Shown here in pieces: positions 39,401-53,440 of a stretch of DNA of 64,000 bases (positions are counted from its first letter, which is position 1; each line of letters begins with the position of its first letter). The position numbers and the translations under genes were made by a program. This DNA is from Azolla caroliniana (taxonomy: Eukaryota; Plantae; Polypodiophyta). The stretch is taken from the NCBI GenBank assembly GCA_043228905.1, contig JBHGNT010000007.1:1302001-1366000 (forward strand). Reading direction: 5' to 3'. The notes beneath the pieces are model-generated. The model was given only the letters and a program-made list of their open reading frames with translations. It was not told where the DNA came from and ran no database searches.

Positions 39401-42017
39401 CGCCAAGCAGACCTCTAGGACTTCAAATTCCTCAGGAACTATGGATCGGCAGTAAGCCGAATTACGACAAGCTGAGGATCTTCGGATGCGAGGCGTACGC
39501 CCTTATTCCGAAAGATGCTCGCCGAAAACTTGCACCTCGGTCCAGGAAATGCATTTTCCTTGGATATGGATCGGACGGCGAAATGGGATACCGACTCTTG
39601 GACCCCGAACGCAGACAAATCGTTCGAAGTTCGGACGTTGTGTTCAACGAGTCGGCTATGACTCCATCAGTCGAAACACCGATCGAAGTCCGAAGGGTAA
39701 CATTTTCCGATGTGCCGACCCTTCAAGAAGGCCCCGCTCTTAACACACGGTCAGCTTCACGGGTAGGTGAACCTTACACTACCGACTCGGACAACTCTGA
39801 CTCGGCACAGCAGAATAATTCGCTTTCGGACCATCCGACCTCGATACCCGATGCGACCAGTCCAATCATACCTCGACGATCCGAGAGACTGTCGCAACCT
39901 CCGGAGAGGTATTCTCCTGGAATTTTCTTCACCGACGCCGGCGAACCAACGTCTTACGAAGAAGCATCGACATCTGTCGATTCCGCCACCTGGCATCTGG
40001 CGATGGAGTCGGAAATGCACTCCATTCGGGCAAACAAGACTTGGGATCTGGTCGAATTACCTAAGAATCGACGTGCTCTTCCTTGCAAGTGGGTTTATCG
40101 ACTAAAAGAGACGTCTGATTCGACCACCCCAAAGTACAAGGCTAGATTAGTTGCGAAGGGCTTCCGACAAGAATATGGCGTCGACTTCGGCGAGATTTTT
40201 TCACCAGTGGTGAAAATGACAACCCTTCGTTTTCTACTCGGCGTAGTGGCAGCCGACAACTTGGAGCTGATTCAGCTAGATGTCAAAACAGCCTTCCTCC
40301 ATGGTGATCTTGAAGAGGAAATTTATATGGAGCAGCCAAAAGGCTTCGTGGCAACTGGCCAAGAACATCTAGTCTGCCGACTCAGGAAGAGTCTATACGG
40401 CCTCAAACAGGCACCGCGACAATGGTACAAGAAGTTCGACGACTTCATCCAATCGATCGGCTTCTCAAAAAGCGATGAGGACCATTGTCTTTTTACCAAC
40501 ACAGCTCAAGATGGATCACCCATCTTCCTCATCATTTACGTGGACGACATGCTAATTTCCGGACGCCACGCGGGCGAACTTGCCGATCTCATTCGGCAAC
40601 TGCGGTTGAAGTTTGCCATGAAGGACCTCGGTCCGGCACGACACATACTTGGCATGAAGATTAGTCGGCATCGCGATAAACGACATCTTTTTTTGTCTCA
40701 GACCGACTATATCGGACGTGTCTTGGAACGCTTCAACATGCAATCAGCCAAATCTGCTTCAACCCCGCTCCCCATGAATCTTCGGCTCTCTCAGCGAGAC
40801 TGCCCGACATCCGGTCCGGAGGGGGAAGATATGAAATCGGTACCGTATGCACCGGCAGTCGGCTCCCTTATGTACCTGATGGTCGCGACACGGCCTGATA
40901 TTTCTCATGCCGTAGGAGTCGTTAGCAGATTTATGCACAATCCTGGCCGATCGCATTGGAACGCAGTCAAGCATGTGTTCAAATATCTGGCTGGCACAAA
41001 AGACCACGGCATTCTTTTCGGTCCGAACTCAACCTCAGGCGTAGTCGGTTACACCGACTCGGACTTCGCCGACTGTATAGACAGTCGGAAATCAACAACT
41101 GGATACTGCTTCAAATTCGGCAATGGAGCAATTTCGTGGAAGTCGAAACTTCAGGAGTGCACAGCGACCTCAACGACCGAAGCAGAATATGTAGCTGCGT
41201 CCGACGCTGCAAAAGAAGCTTTATGGCTCGGCCGGCTGGCGCACACGTTTCGACAAGTCGACCATGACTCGGCCCCAGTTGTCTACAACGACAGTCAAGG
41301 TGCTGTTGCCTTGTCGAAAAATCCGGTTCACCACAACGCCTCCAAACATATCGACGTTCGATATCACTTCTTTCGGGACTGCGTCATTTCAGGGAAAATC
41401 GGTCTAGAGAAAATATCCACAACCGACAATGTCGCAGATGGGATGACCAAGTGTCTTTCGGCAGACCGCTTTCGGTCCCTTCGGCATCAGATGGGCGTAA
41501 CGACAAACCAGTCCGGTTAGAGCCGGACACAGCGCAGGATGGTTTCAGACAACCGACATCAGTTCCTTAATGATCGGCTTCAACTCTTCCGACCTGACCA
41601 GTCCGGTCTTCTGCCTTCGGACCCTGCCGACTCGAACAAAACTGATATGTCCGAGAACCTAGGTTTATACCTGTAATCTTAGATAACCCATGGATACGCC
41701 CATTACGGGGGAGTGTCGAATACAAGTGTATAATGGACGTATTCACACTATCCCTTTGTATAGCTCAAGTTTGGGCCATTTGTGTAATTAGCATAAATGG
41801 TAGTTGCCCTAAGTCGGTCACTATATAAAGTGACCTAGTAACCTTTTTGTAAGGTTGGTTGTATTATTGTTTTATGGAATAGAAAGACTCTTTGTGCCTC
41901 TCTCTCTCTCTCTCTCTCTATCTCTGTCGCACACGATCTTGGAAACTCTCATACGCAGGTATTCTACACGAATCGAATGCTACTTGATCTTCCGTAAAGA
42001 CGGCCTTGTCTCCAACA
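36482..42017 (+). mobile_element. Ty1/Copia LTR retrotransposon D, intact and very recent, nested in the GAG-pre-integrase region of C
   Basis: LTRs 36482-36787 and 41714-42017 differ by one visible substitution and one CT unit; TSD GCAAC (36477-36481, 42018-42022); PBS TGGTATCAGAGC 36790-36801; PPT GGGGGAG 41707-41713; one uninterrupted ORF. Confidence 0.97.
37489..41520 (+). CDS. Gag-Pol polyprotein of element D (Gag, Zn knuckle, protease, integrase, RT, RNase H), 1343 aa
   Basis: CNYCKKPGHIKADC; WLLDSGASFH; LWHRRLGH..CEHC; integrase HSD/RTDNGGE/NGIAE; RT QLDVKTAFLHG, LYGLKQAPRQW, IYVDDML; RNase H YTDSDFA, STTEAEY, KHIDVRYHF. Copia domain order. Confidence 0.97.
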   Translation: MASTSGSSEMSLRKFDGSNFNFWKEQMQDYLIVKGQIDPIENEEPPEGYKPIEWQKLDRIVCATIRMHLSESVYFTVQSCTTTFELWKTLSDTYEKKVAATKMFLIRRLYNLRMKESDSVQAHLNEYESISSQISSQGTAIEDELRAMILMSSLPSSWETFVTTVCNASTTAVKYSEVTSAILTEAARRKSFAKDSTDDAYVVQGSTDRSNIRGRDSSRQPNHQRRRSQSRDNRICNYCKKPGHIKADCRALKNKNDKSQKSDKKSGRHEEINYVSFSADVLPNDPNILSIENPVGSKVLLTTEESSTWLLDSGASFHVTPHRSQFRQYTIRHSDSVRVGNSQHCDIIGIGTVELNLAGGSTLVLHNVRHVPELSRPLISVGQLDEDGIRAGFSSGGWTLHRGNLLLARGPKIHSLYPLHVTLREGNLFLVDIPVSSLWHRRLGHLSKADITHLSRAGYIPKLSFSDHQFCEHCQYGKQAAASHPTSAPRETRPLDLVHSDVCGPMPHQSLGGASYFVSFIDDSTRKVWAYPIRTKDRVFSIFSDWLAMVENQTDRKLKCFRTDNGGEFKSEEFVKFCRQRGIRREFTAPHSPEQNGIAEHMNRTIQERIVSMLQHSRLSDGFWAEALLTAVQIINMSPSRPLGLQIPQELWIGSKPNYDKLRIFGCEAYALIPKDARRKLAPRSRKCIFLGYGSDGEMGYRLLDPERRQIVRSSDVVFNESAMTPSVETPIEVRRVTFSDVPTLQEGPALNTRSASRVGEPYTTDSDNSDSAQQNNSLSDHPTSIPDATSPIIPRRSERLSQPPERYSPGIFFTDAGEPTSYEEASTSVDSATWHLAMESEMHSIRANKTWDLVELPKNRRALPCKWVYRLKETSDSTTPKYKARLVAKGFRQEYGVDFGEIFSPVVKMTTLRFLLGVVAADNLELIQLDVKTAFLHGDLEEEIYMEQPKGFVATGQEHLVCRLRKSLYGLKQAPRQWYKKFDDFIQSIGFSKSDEDHCLFTNTAQDGSPIFLIIYVDDMLISGRHAGELADLIRQLRLKFAMKDLGPARHILGMKISRHRDKRHLFLSQTDYIGRVLERFNMQSAKSASTPLPMNLRLSQRDCPTSGPEGEDMKSVPYAPAVGSLMYLMVATRPDISHAVGVVSRFMHNPGRSHWNAVKHVFKYLAGTKDHGILFGPNSTSGVVGYTDSDFADCIDSRKSTTGYCFKFGNGAISWKSKLQECTATSTTEAEYVAASDAAKEALWLGRLAHTFRQVDHDSAPVVYNDSQGAVALSKNPVHHNASKHIDVRYHFFRDCVISGKIGLEKISTTDNVADGMTKCLSADRFRSLRHQMGVTTNQSG

Positions 42018-45000
42018 GCAACCTCATTCCGATGAAGGATGTGCAACTTGAGAAGTGCACCGATTGCTTGGACGGAAAGCAAAACCAAACCTCCTTTCGG
42101 TCAAGACCACCGATGAGATGGAATGCACCACAGGAGTTGGTGCATACCGATGTGTGTCAAGTGGACACGAAGACACATGCCGGATCGCAGTACTTTGTGA
42201 CGTTCATAGATGCCGGAAGTTGTGGGTCTCACCATTGAAGACGAAGGATCAGGTGCTATCCATCTTCCAGGAGCTCCACGCGAGAGTGGAAAGAGAAACC
42301 GGGCGGAAGCTGAAGACGGTTCGAGCAGATAACGGAGGAGAATCTCGGGGGTAGTTTGAGGAGTACTATTGGTCGAAGGGAATTCGGCTCGAGTTTACTG
42401 TGCCGAAGACGCCGGAACTAAACGGGCTGGCCGAAAGGATGAACTGGACCATAATGAAGAGAGTCTGGAGCATTCTCGCACATGCCAAGTTACCCAAGAC
42501 GTTTTGGGTTGAGGCGTTGTCAACGGCGACCTATGTGATAAAAGATCACCCTCAGTACCCTTGGACGGAGACACACCTCAGAAGGTATGGACCGATAAAG
42601 ATGTTTCTTACCGGCATCTGAAGGTGTTCGGGTGTCTCGCATACATGCATGTGGCAAAGGACAAGAGAGCAAAGCTGGATCCGAAGTCCAAGTCATGTAT
42701 ATTCCTTGGATATGGCGATGATGAGTTCGGTTACCGGGTGTGGGATCTGGTCGACAAGAAGGTGTTCCGGAGTCGGGACATAGTCTTCATGGAAGACAAG
42801 ACCATTGCCGACTGGGAGTCGAAGAAGGTGATGAACTCCGGATCATTCATCGAAAACCGACTTGAGGACACAAGGGCATACCCGGTTGAAAACCGGACGC
42901 TAGACGGTAACCAGATGACACTCGACGAACCGGCTGGATACGGACAGGAAACCGAACGGACCGAAGAAGAAGAAGAAGAAGACACTGAAACCAGACAAGA
43001 TCCTGAATCGAATTCGGATGAGGAACAAACAGAGGAACCGGTAGTCAGAAACTAGGGACGGAGATATCCTCTCCGAGAAAGAAGAGCCCCCCGGAGATTT
43101 CCGGATGCAAAGCATGTGTTGCTAACCGATGAGGGGAACTCGGAAAGCTTCGAAGAAGCGAAGAGAGTGCCATGCAGGATGAGATGGAGTCCTTGCATGA
43201 GAACCACATATGAACTGATGGAGTTGCCGGAAGGGAAGAGAGCACTCCGGAACAAGTGGGTGTACAAGTTGAAACCGGGAGATGTCGGAAATACACCCAA
43301 GTATAAGGCCCGAATCATGGTGAAGGGCTTCCAGCAGAAGAAAGGAGTGGACTTCGATGAGATCTTTGGCCCGGTAGTAAAGATGACATCCATCTGGACG
43401 GTATTGGGCATAGCGGCAAGCATGGACCTCGAGGTAGAGCAACTGGACGTGAAGACGACATTCCTCCATGGTGACCATGAAGAGAAGATCTACATGCATC
43501 AACCGGAAGGATTTGAGAAGAAAGGGAAGGAGCACCTTGTGTGCTGGCTGAAGAAGAGCTTATACAGACTGAAGTAAGCTCCCCGACATTGGTACCGGAA
43601 GTTCGACTCCTTCATGACCGACCAAGGGTACCACAAGACACAGGCCGATCACTGCGTGTTTGTGAAGAAATTTGATGGAGGAGACTTCCTGATACTCCTC
43701 TTATATGTGGATGATATGTTGATCGTCAGACGAGACCAAGGCAAGATTCGGATGCTGAAGAAGGCTTTGAACCGGACCTTCTCAATGAAAGACTTGGGTC
43801 CGGCAAGACAAATATTGGGAATGCACATCATCCGGGACCGGTCAAAGAAGCTATTGTGGCTGTCACAGGAAAAGTACGTGACGAAGGTGCTTCATCGGTT
43901 CAACATGTCGGATGCGGAAATGGTCGGATCGACACTTCCGGTAAACTGCAAGTTATCCAGAAAGCAGAGCCCGAGGACAAAGGCAGAGAAGGCGGATATG
44001 ATGAAAATACCATATGTCTCTGCCGTCAGGAGCTTGATGTACGCAATGGTGTGTACCCGACCGGATATCAGATATACAGTCGGAGTGGTGAGCCGGTTCA
44101 TGAGCAATCCCGGAAGAGAGCATTGGAACGCGGTCAAGTGGATACTCTGGTATTTGAAAGGTACCTCGAGTATGTGCCTCCGATTCGGCTCCAGTAAACC
44201 CCAACTCGACGGATTCACGAATTCGGACATGTCGACTGATGCGGATACCAGCCGTTCTACATCCGGTTATGTCATGACTTATGTAGGGAGAGCTGTTTCG
44301 GAGCAGTCGAGGCTGCAGAAGACGGTTGCATTGTCAACCACGTAAGCGGAGTACATGGCAGTTGTGGAAGCCGACAAGGAGATAATCTAGATGAAGGACT
44401 TCATCGGAGAGCTAGGGATCCAACAGGAGGAATACCGGCTCTACTGCGACAATCAAAGTGCCATCCACCTTGCAAAGAACGCGGCCTACAATTCCCGGAC
44501 GAAACATATCCAACGGAGGTACCACTAGATCTGGGAAAGAGTAGAAGATCAAGAGTTCGTGCTGACAAAGATCCACATGAAGGAGAACGGGTCGGACATG
44601 CTGACCAAGGTGCTGACAACTGACAAGCTGGAGGCATGCCGAAAGCGGATCAAGCTGACAAGACATCCTACGCCGGAGTGAAGGGGAAGATTGTTGGGAA
44701 ATCAGTCCCTCCGGATGGGATCTGGTGATGAATGAAGAGGACCCGGTGAGAACAAGAAGAGAGACATATCTGTAAATATGTTTCTTAAGCCTATTGAGGC
44801 TATATTTGTAAATAGCCCTAAGTTCATATAAGTATAAATATGACTTAGGGCAATCACCTTATATATATGTTGTAGGAGTTGTTATATTGTTGTATAGTGA
44901 GAATGACAGAGAGGTAGAAAGAATACAGAGCGATACTTTGTTGTAACCGCCGCCTGGCGAAGATACAGAGCTTGAGGTCGTTGCCTATGAGTCTCTGATT

Positions 45001-46268
45001 GTACCCCTTCTCTTCATAGTGATAGTTCGGAGTTTGTGGGCTCCCGTGGTTTTTCCCTATTAGGGTTTTCCACGTAAACATCTTGTGTTCATTTTTTTTA
45101 GTTCCCATTTCTGTGTTCTCCATTCTCATCGAAGTGTTCAAGACTTGGTTGTGGCCGAGCAATATTCCACACTAATTCTCAACAATACCTTATACCACAC
45201 CTATTAGAAAATAGTTTTTCATTAGTGAAATGATTTAGTTGATGCAATCTTCCAAACTAATTCAATAAGAACAACCTCCCAAGATTAGGGCATATAACAA
45301 GAATCTTGATAACGTTGAAACGTCAATGGCTCGCCCCTTTAAAATGTTGGAATATCACTTAAAAACATCATTGGTTGGGATATCTCAAGGAGGATTCTTA
45401 CCGCTAGGAAGATGCCTTAAAACCATGTCCACCTCATCTATCGTGAAATTTGCATCTAATTCATGACGAAGGGGGATGTGCACAATACATCCAACCCATC
45501 ATAATATTTTTGGTATGTTCTAATTACCTCATTACTTATGTATAATTATGGTCCAAGCAACTCCATACGTGCTAGAATTAGGTTTAGTAAATTCATTCAT
45601 TGATTTCCCTTACTCTGAAGCTACAATTTTGAAATAGGGCATCTTTGTAACATGTTTGGATAATGTTCTTTCATCCATAACCACCACAATATTGGACATT
45701 CCAAAATCTCTCCCAAACCCTTCATTAGGGACCTCCATAGACAAAGGTGCATGATGTTAGGATTCAACCATAAAGTGGCCCATTCACTGCATCCAAAGGA
45801 ATGACCCACTAATGTCTCCTAAGTTTATTAAAACAAAGTCATTTCATACAAATTGTAATCACATGCATCCATCATGTATTCATATAACAAAGTGCTTTGT
45901 TGGCTGGCCAATGGTAAGAACATAAGTACAATCACTCTCATTAGTACAATTTTATCGTTTAATTGATAACGTTCTCGTGATTAGGTGAGCTTGTTCACTC
46001 TAGTAGCATGTTGACATTGGTTGGCACCCTCTCTAACCCATATTACCAATTATGGAGTGTTCGCCCACAAGATCCCCATAGCCATGAGTCAACGAGGTAT
46101 ATTCTCCTAGAATGCTTGGTAAGTAAGAATTACCATTTTACTTGTCTTTTGGTGTTCATGCCAAGGACTCGATGTTAATGGGGTGGAGGGTGGAACCTAG
46201 AATGGCTCCACCCCCCTCCCAAGGGGGTTGAGAGAGAGAGAGAGAATGGCTCTACCCCCCTCTCAAGG

Positions 46269-46319
<51 letters not shown>

Positions 46320-46323
<4 letters not shown>

Positions 46324-46678
46324 ATATGGATGTAACTCAGTTGGTAAGGTTTCCCAGTGGAGACCAGGTGGTCATGGGTTCAACCCCTACATTCCACAGT
46401 GGCATCTAGTGAATTAAGAGATATGTATAGAGAGAGAGCCCAAATCGATGTAGCTCAGTTGGTAAGGTTGCCCAGTGGAGACCAGGTGGTCATGGGTTCA
46501 ACCCCTACATTCCACAGTGGCATCTAGTGAATTAAGAGATATGTATGGAGAGAGAGAGAGAGAGAGCCCAAATCGATGTAGCTCAGTTGGTAAGGTTGCC
46601 CAATGGAGACCAGGTGGTCATGGGTTCAACCCCTACATTCCACAGTTGCATCTAGTGAATTAAGAGATATGTATGGAG
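46320..46678 (+). repeat. Head-to-tail triplet of tRNA(Ala)-like SINE units separated by (GA)n; units start at 46320, 46438, 46566
   Basis: Each unit: GCCCA.AT.GATGTAGCTCAGTTGGTAAGG (A box)...GGTCATGGGTTCAACCCC (B box) TACATTCCACA GTGGCATCTAGTGAATTAAGAGATATGTAT(G)GAGAG. The ends resemble plant tRNA-Ala (GGATGTAGCTCAG.TGGTA...CCCC.CATCTCCA), but the cloverleaf is imperfect. Confidence 0.85.
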
Positions 46679-46695
46679 TATATAATAGAGAGGTG

Positions 46696-46769
46696 AGTAA
46701 AGTTGGGTTTCGAACCGAAGACATAGTTGTTGACTTGTAGTGTAACAACTTACCAATAGGGTAAGCTAA
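46696..46769 (-). mobile_element. Second, degenerate tRNA-derived (SINE-like) head
   Basis: Reverse complement ...CCCTATTGGTAAG...TCTTCGGTTCGAAACCCAACT has a canonical B box (GGTTCGAAACC). A similar sequence is on + at ~21650-21710. Confidence 0.5.
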
Positions 46770-48078
46770 TTACGATAAAAAAGAAAGGGAGAGAGCAAGA
46801 GATGACAGATGAAGCTTATTGTTATCATTCATGCCCCATGTTGGGTTATATAGTACGAGAGGATCATACATCAACGTGATACATACCCACTCACACACCC
46901 AACTCACTCATACTCTTTCATATCTACACACATGCACACAAATGTGCATGTCTTCAAATACGAATATCCTCACTCACTCTTGTGCACATTACACATATAC
47001 TTACAACAATACTTTTCACACAAAGACTCTCACTCATCCATCCTCGTACCTCTCGTAAGGATAACACTCGGTGGGCGCCTACAAACATCCAATCAAACAC
47101 AACTTGTTAATTAATTGGTTAAACATTCATTTCTCATTGTTGTTTATATACATCTTATCATAAACGCTTGGGGGTTTAATTTGAGTAAATCTCTAGAATA
47201 TTACTTGACTAAGCACTTTAGTACTAGTCTAGAAGTTAAGGATACTTAATTCGAAAATAGTTCCCAAGATATATTGTTTCTTGAGCATAAACTTTGATGA
47301 AAGTAGAAACTTTCAAGAAGATCAACGGAGCTTCTCAATTACTCTTTTTGACTAAATTGCTTACGTTATTAGGCAAATGATAGAATTCAACATGACACGG
47401 TACTTAGAAAATCCATGAACTCATGAGAGCTTTCAAAACTAATGGTAAGTCAATTGTGTCCTAACTTGGAGGTGCAAGGTCACCCCTTGGTATGCACGAA
47501 AATGCTACTAGGCCTTAGAGGTTCTCATTTCATTCATATTTACAGCATGCTAACGTACGAATGTAACTATCACCCCATTCATTTGTGTGCACATTGCACC
47601 TTCTCGATTTTCTCCGTTCCACGCGATTTTCACACTATTGTCAAAAATCTTCACGACAACACATTGAGTTCTCTAATTATTCACACTTTTGTATAGGTAT
47701 ACTCATAAGGAACAAGGACATATTATTGGTTGTTAATATCTTATTTCTTTCCTTATTTTAAGTGATGAAGTGTGATTGAAATAATTCCTTACGATAATCT
47801 CTTTCATTGTCTTCGATAAGTTTAATAGAGGAAGAATGTTTAGTTAGTTTAGGAGTCCTTGCAAGGTGCAACCAATGGTTGACACACACTTCTTGTTCTG
47901 TTTCACTGCAACCAAAAGTGTGAATATCCATGCAATGATTTAATATAAAGGTCATAGTTAGCAAATCTTGTTGACCCAAGGTGTCTATACAAAGTTCCTT
48001 CTATGGTTGAATTAACACCTCATGTTTATGTTGTCAACAATACGTTAATTCCCATGATTAGTGTCATACAAAGAAGAA

Positions 48079-52509
<4,431 letters not shown>

Positions 52510-52510
<1 letters not shown>

Positions 52511-53440
52511 TTTCATCTTTTATTACATGTGAAAGTGAGAAGCGACTCTCGATGTTCAAGAACTTTACCAATGAATGTTGCAATCGAGAGTGCACATTGT
52601 GGTTGTGAGAGAAATTCATGCAACGATTGGGCTTGGTCGAAGATGTGTGAAAAGCATGGTCGAATATGATCAAAGGTAGAGTATTGTATCAAAGTGTGAT
52701 ACTCAGACTCTTGAACTTGTTTAGGGCAAAGTGTGCATAGTCGACCACTCTCACCACTTGTGCCCCAACACCCCATCTCACATCACAATGCATGTTAGCT
52801 AAGTCGCATGAAAGCAGTGGTTCGAATAGAAGACAACGGAATAGGCTCTAACATGTATCGATGTGTACGATTTCCCCGTTCCGCAAAGAATATGGTTTTG
52901 TAGTTAGCTGCAACATGTGTAGTATAATGTATGAAGCGTAAGCCTCCACATTTTCCCCATGTCATGATACATTGGCATTGCAAAAATGCCTCATTTACAA
53001 AGGAATCTAGCGATGCATCATGAAGCAAATGTGCATCCCATCTCCTTAACTATTTTTTCATATCTTGCATCTAACCGGAACACAAAATTTTGCTTTTGTG
53101 TGTCTCTTTGGATCTTTTTGCTTGCTTCCCATGCGATTCTAAGAAGTCGATGTGAGGGACTTTTTTGAACCTTAAGCATGTATTCAACAACCCTTTCCAT
53201 GGCCAAGATCTCAATGGGAAGTGATCCCGTCTTAAGGAGGAGGAGGATGTATGACATTTATTTCTTAACTTGTAGAAACATTGTAAGAAAATGTTTTTGG
53301 ACATTTTCAAACTCTTTCCAAGTAGATTTAGGGATGCTACCACCCCATACTTCCACCCCATAGAGAAACACCGGTGTCACCAAAGTGTCGAAAAGGTAAG
53401 TGGATGCATTAGAATGTTGAAATGCATTCTCACATGGCAA
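52510..53440 (-). mobile_element. Older 5'-truncated, degenerate LINE fragment of the same type (post-RT region plus Zn finger)
   Basis: LFDTLVTPVFLYGVEVWG (cf. LFDSLVTPSLMYASTVWA in the neighbouring ORF2) and RLCTLCPKQVQESEYHTL. Broken by frameshifts. Confidence 0.75.

Larger units (their letters stand above)
34619..45184 (+). mobile_element. Ty1/Copia (Tnt1/Tork-like) LTR retrotransposon C, heavily decayed, interrupted by element D
   Basis: LTRs 34619-35133 and 44692-45184; TSD ATACC (34614-34618, 45185-45189); degenerate PBS TAGTATCAGAGT 35137-35148; PPT GAAGGGGAAGA; gag ATG 35163. WVVDSGASFH, LWHKRLCH, LLYVDDML motifs in broken frames. Confidence 0.93.

Noticed and set aside
46320-46678. 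CRISPR-like array or functional tRNA gene cluster
   Set aside because: Eukaryotic context; units are whole duplications with no unique spacers; acceptor and anticodon stems do not pair properly and no oligo-T terminator follows.
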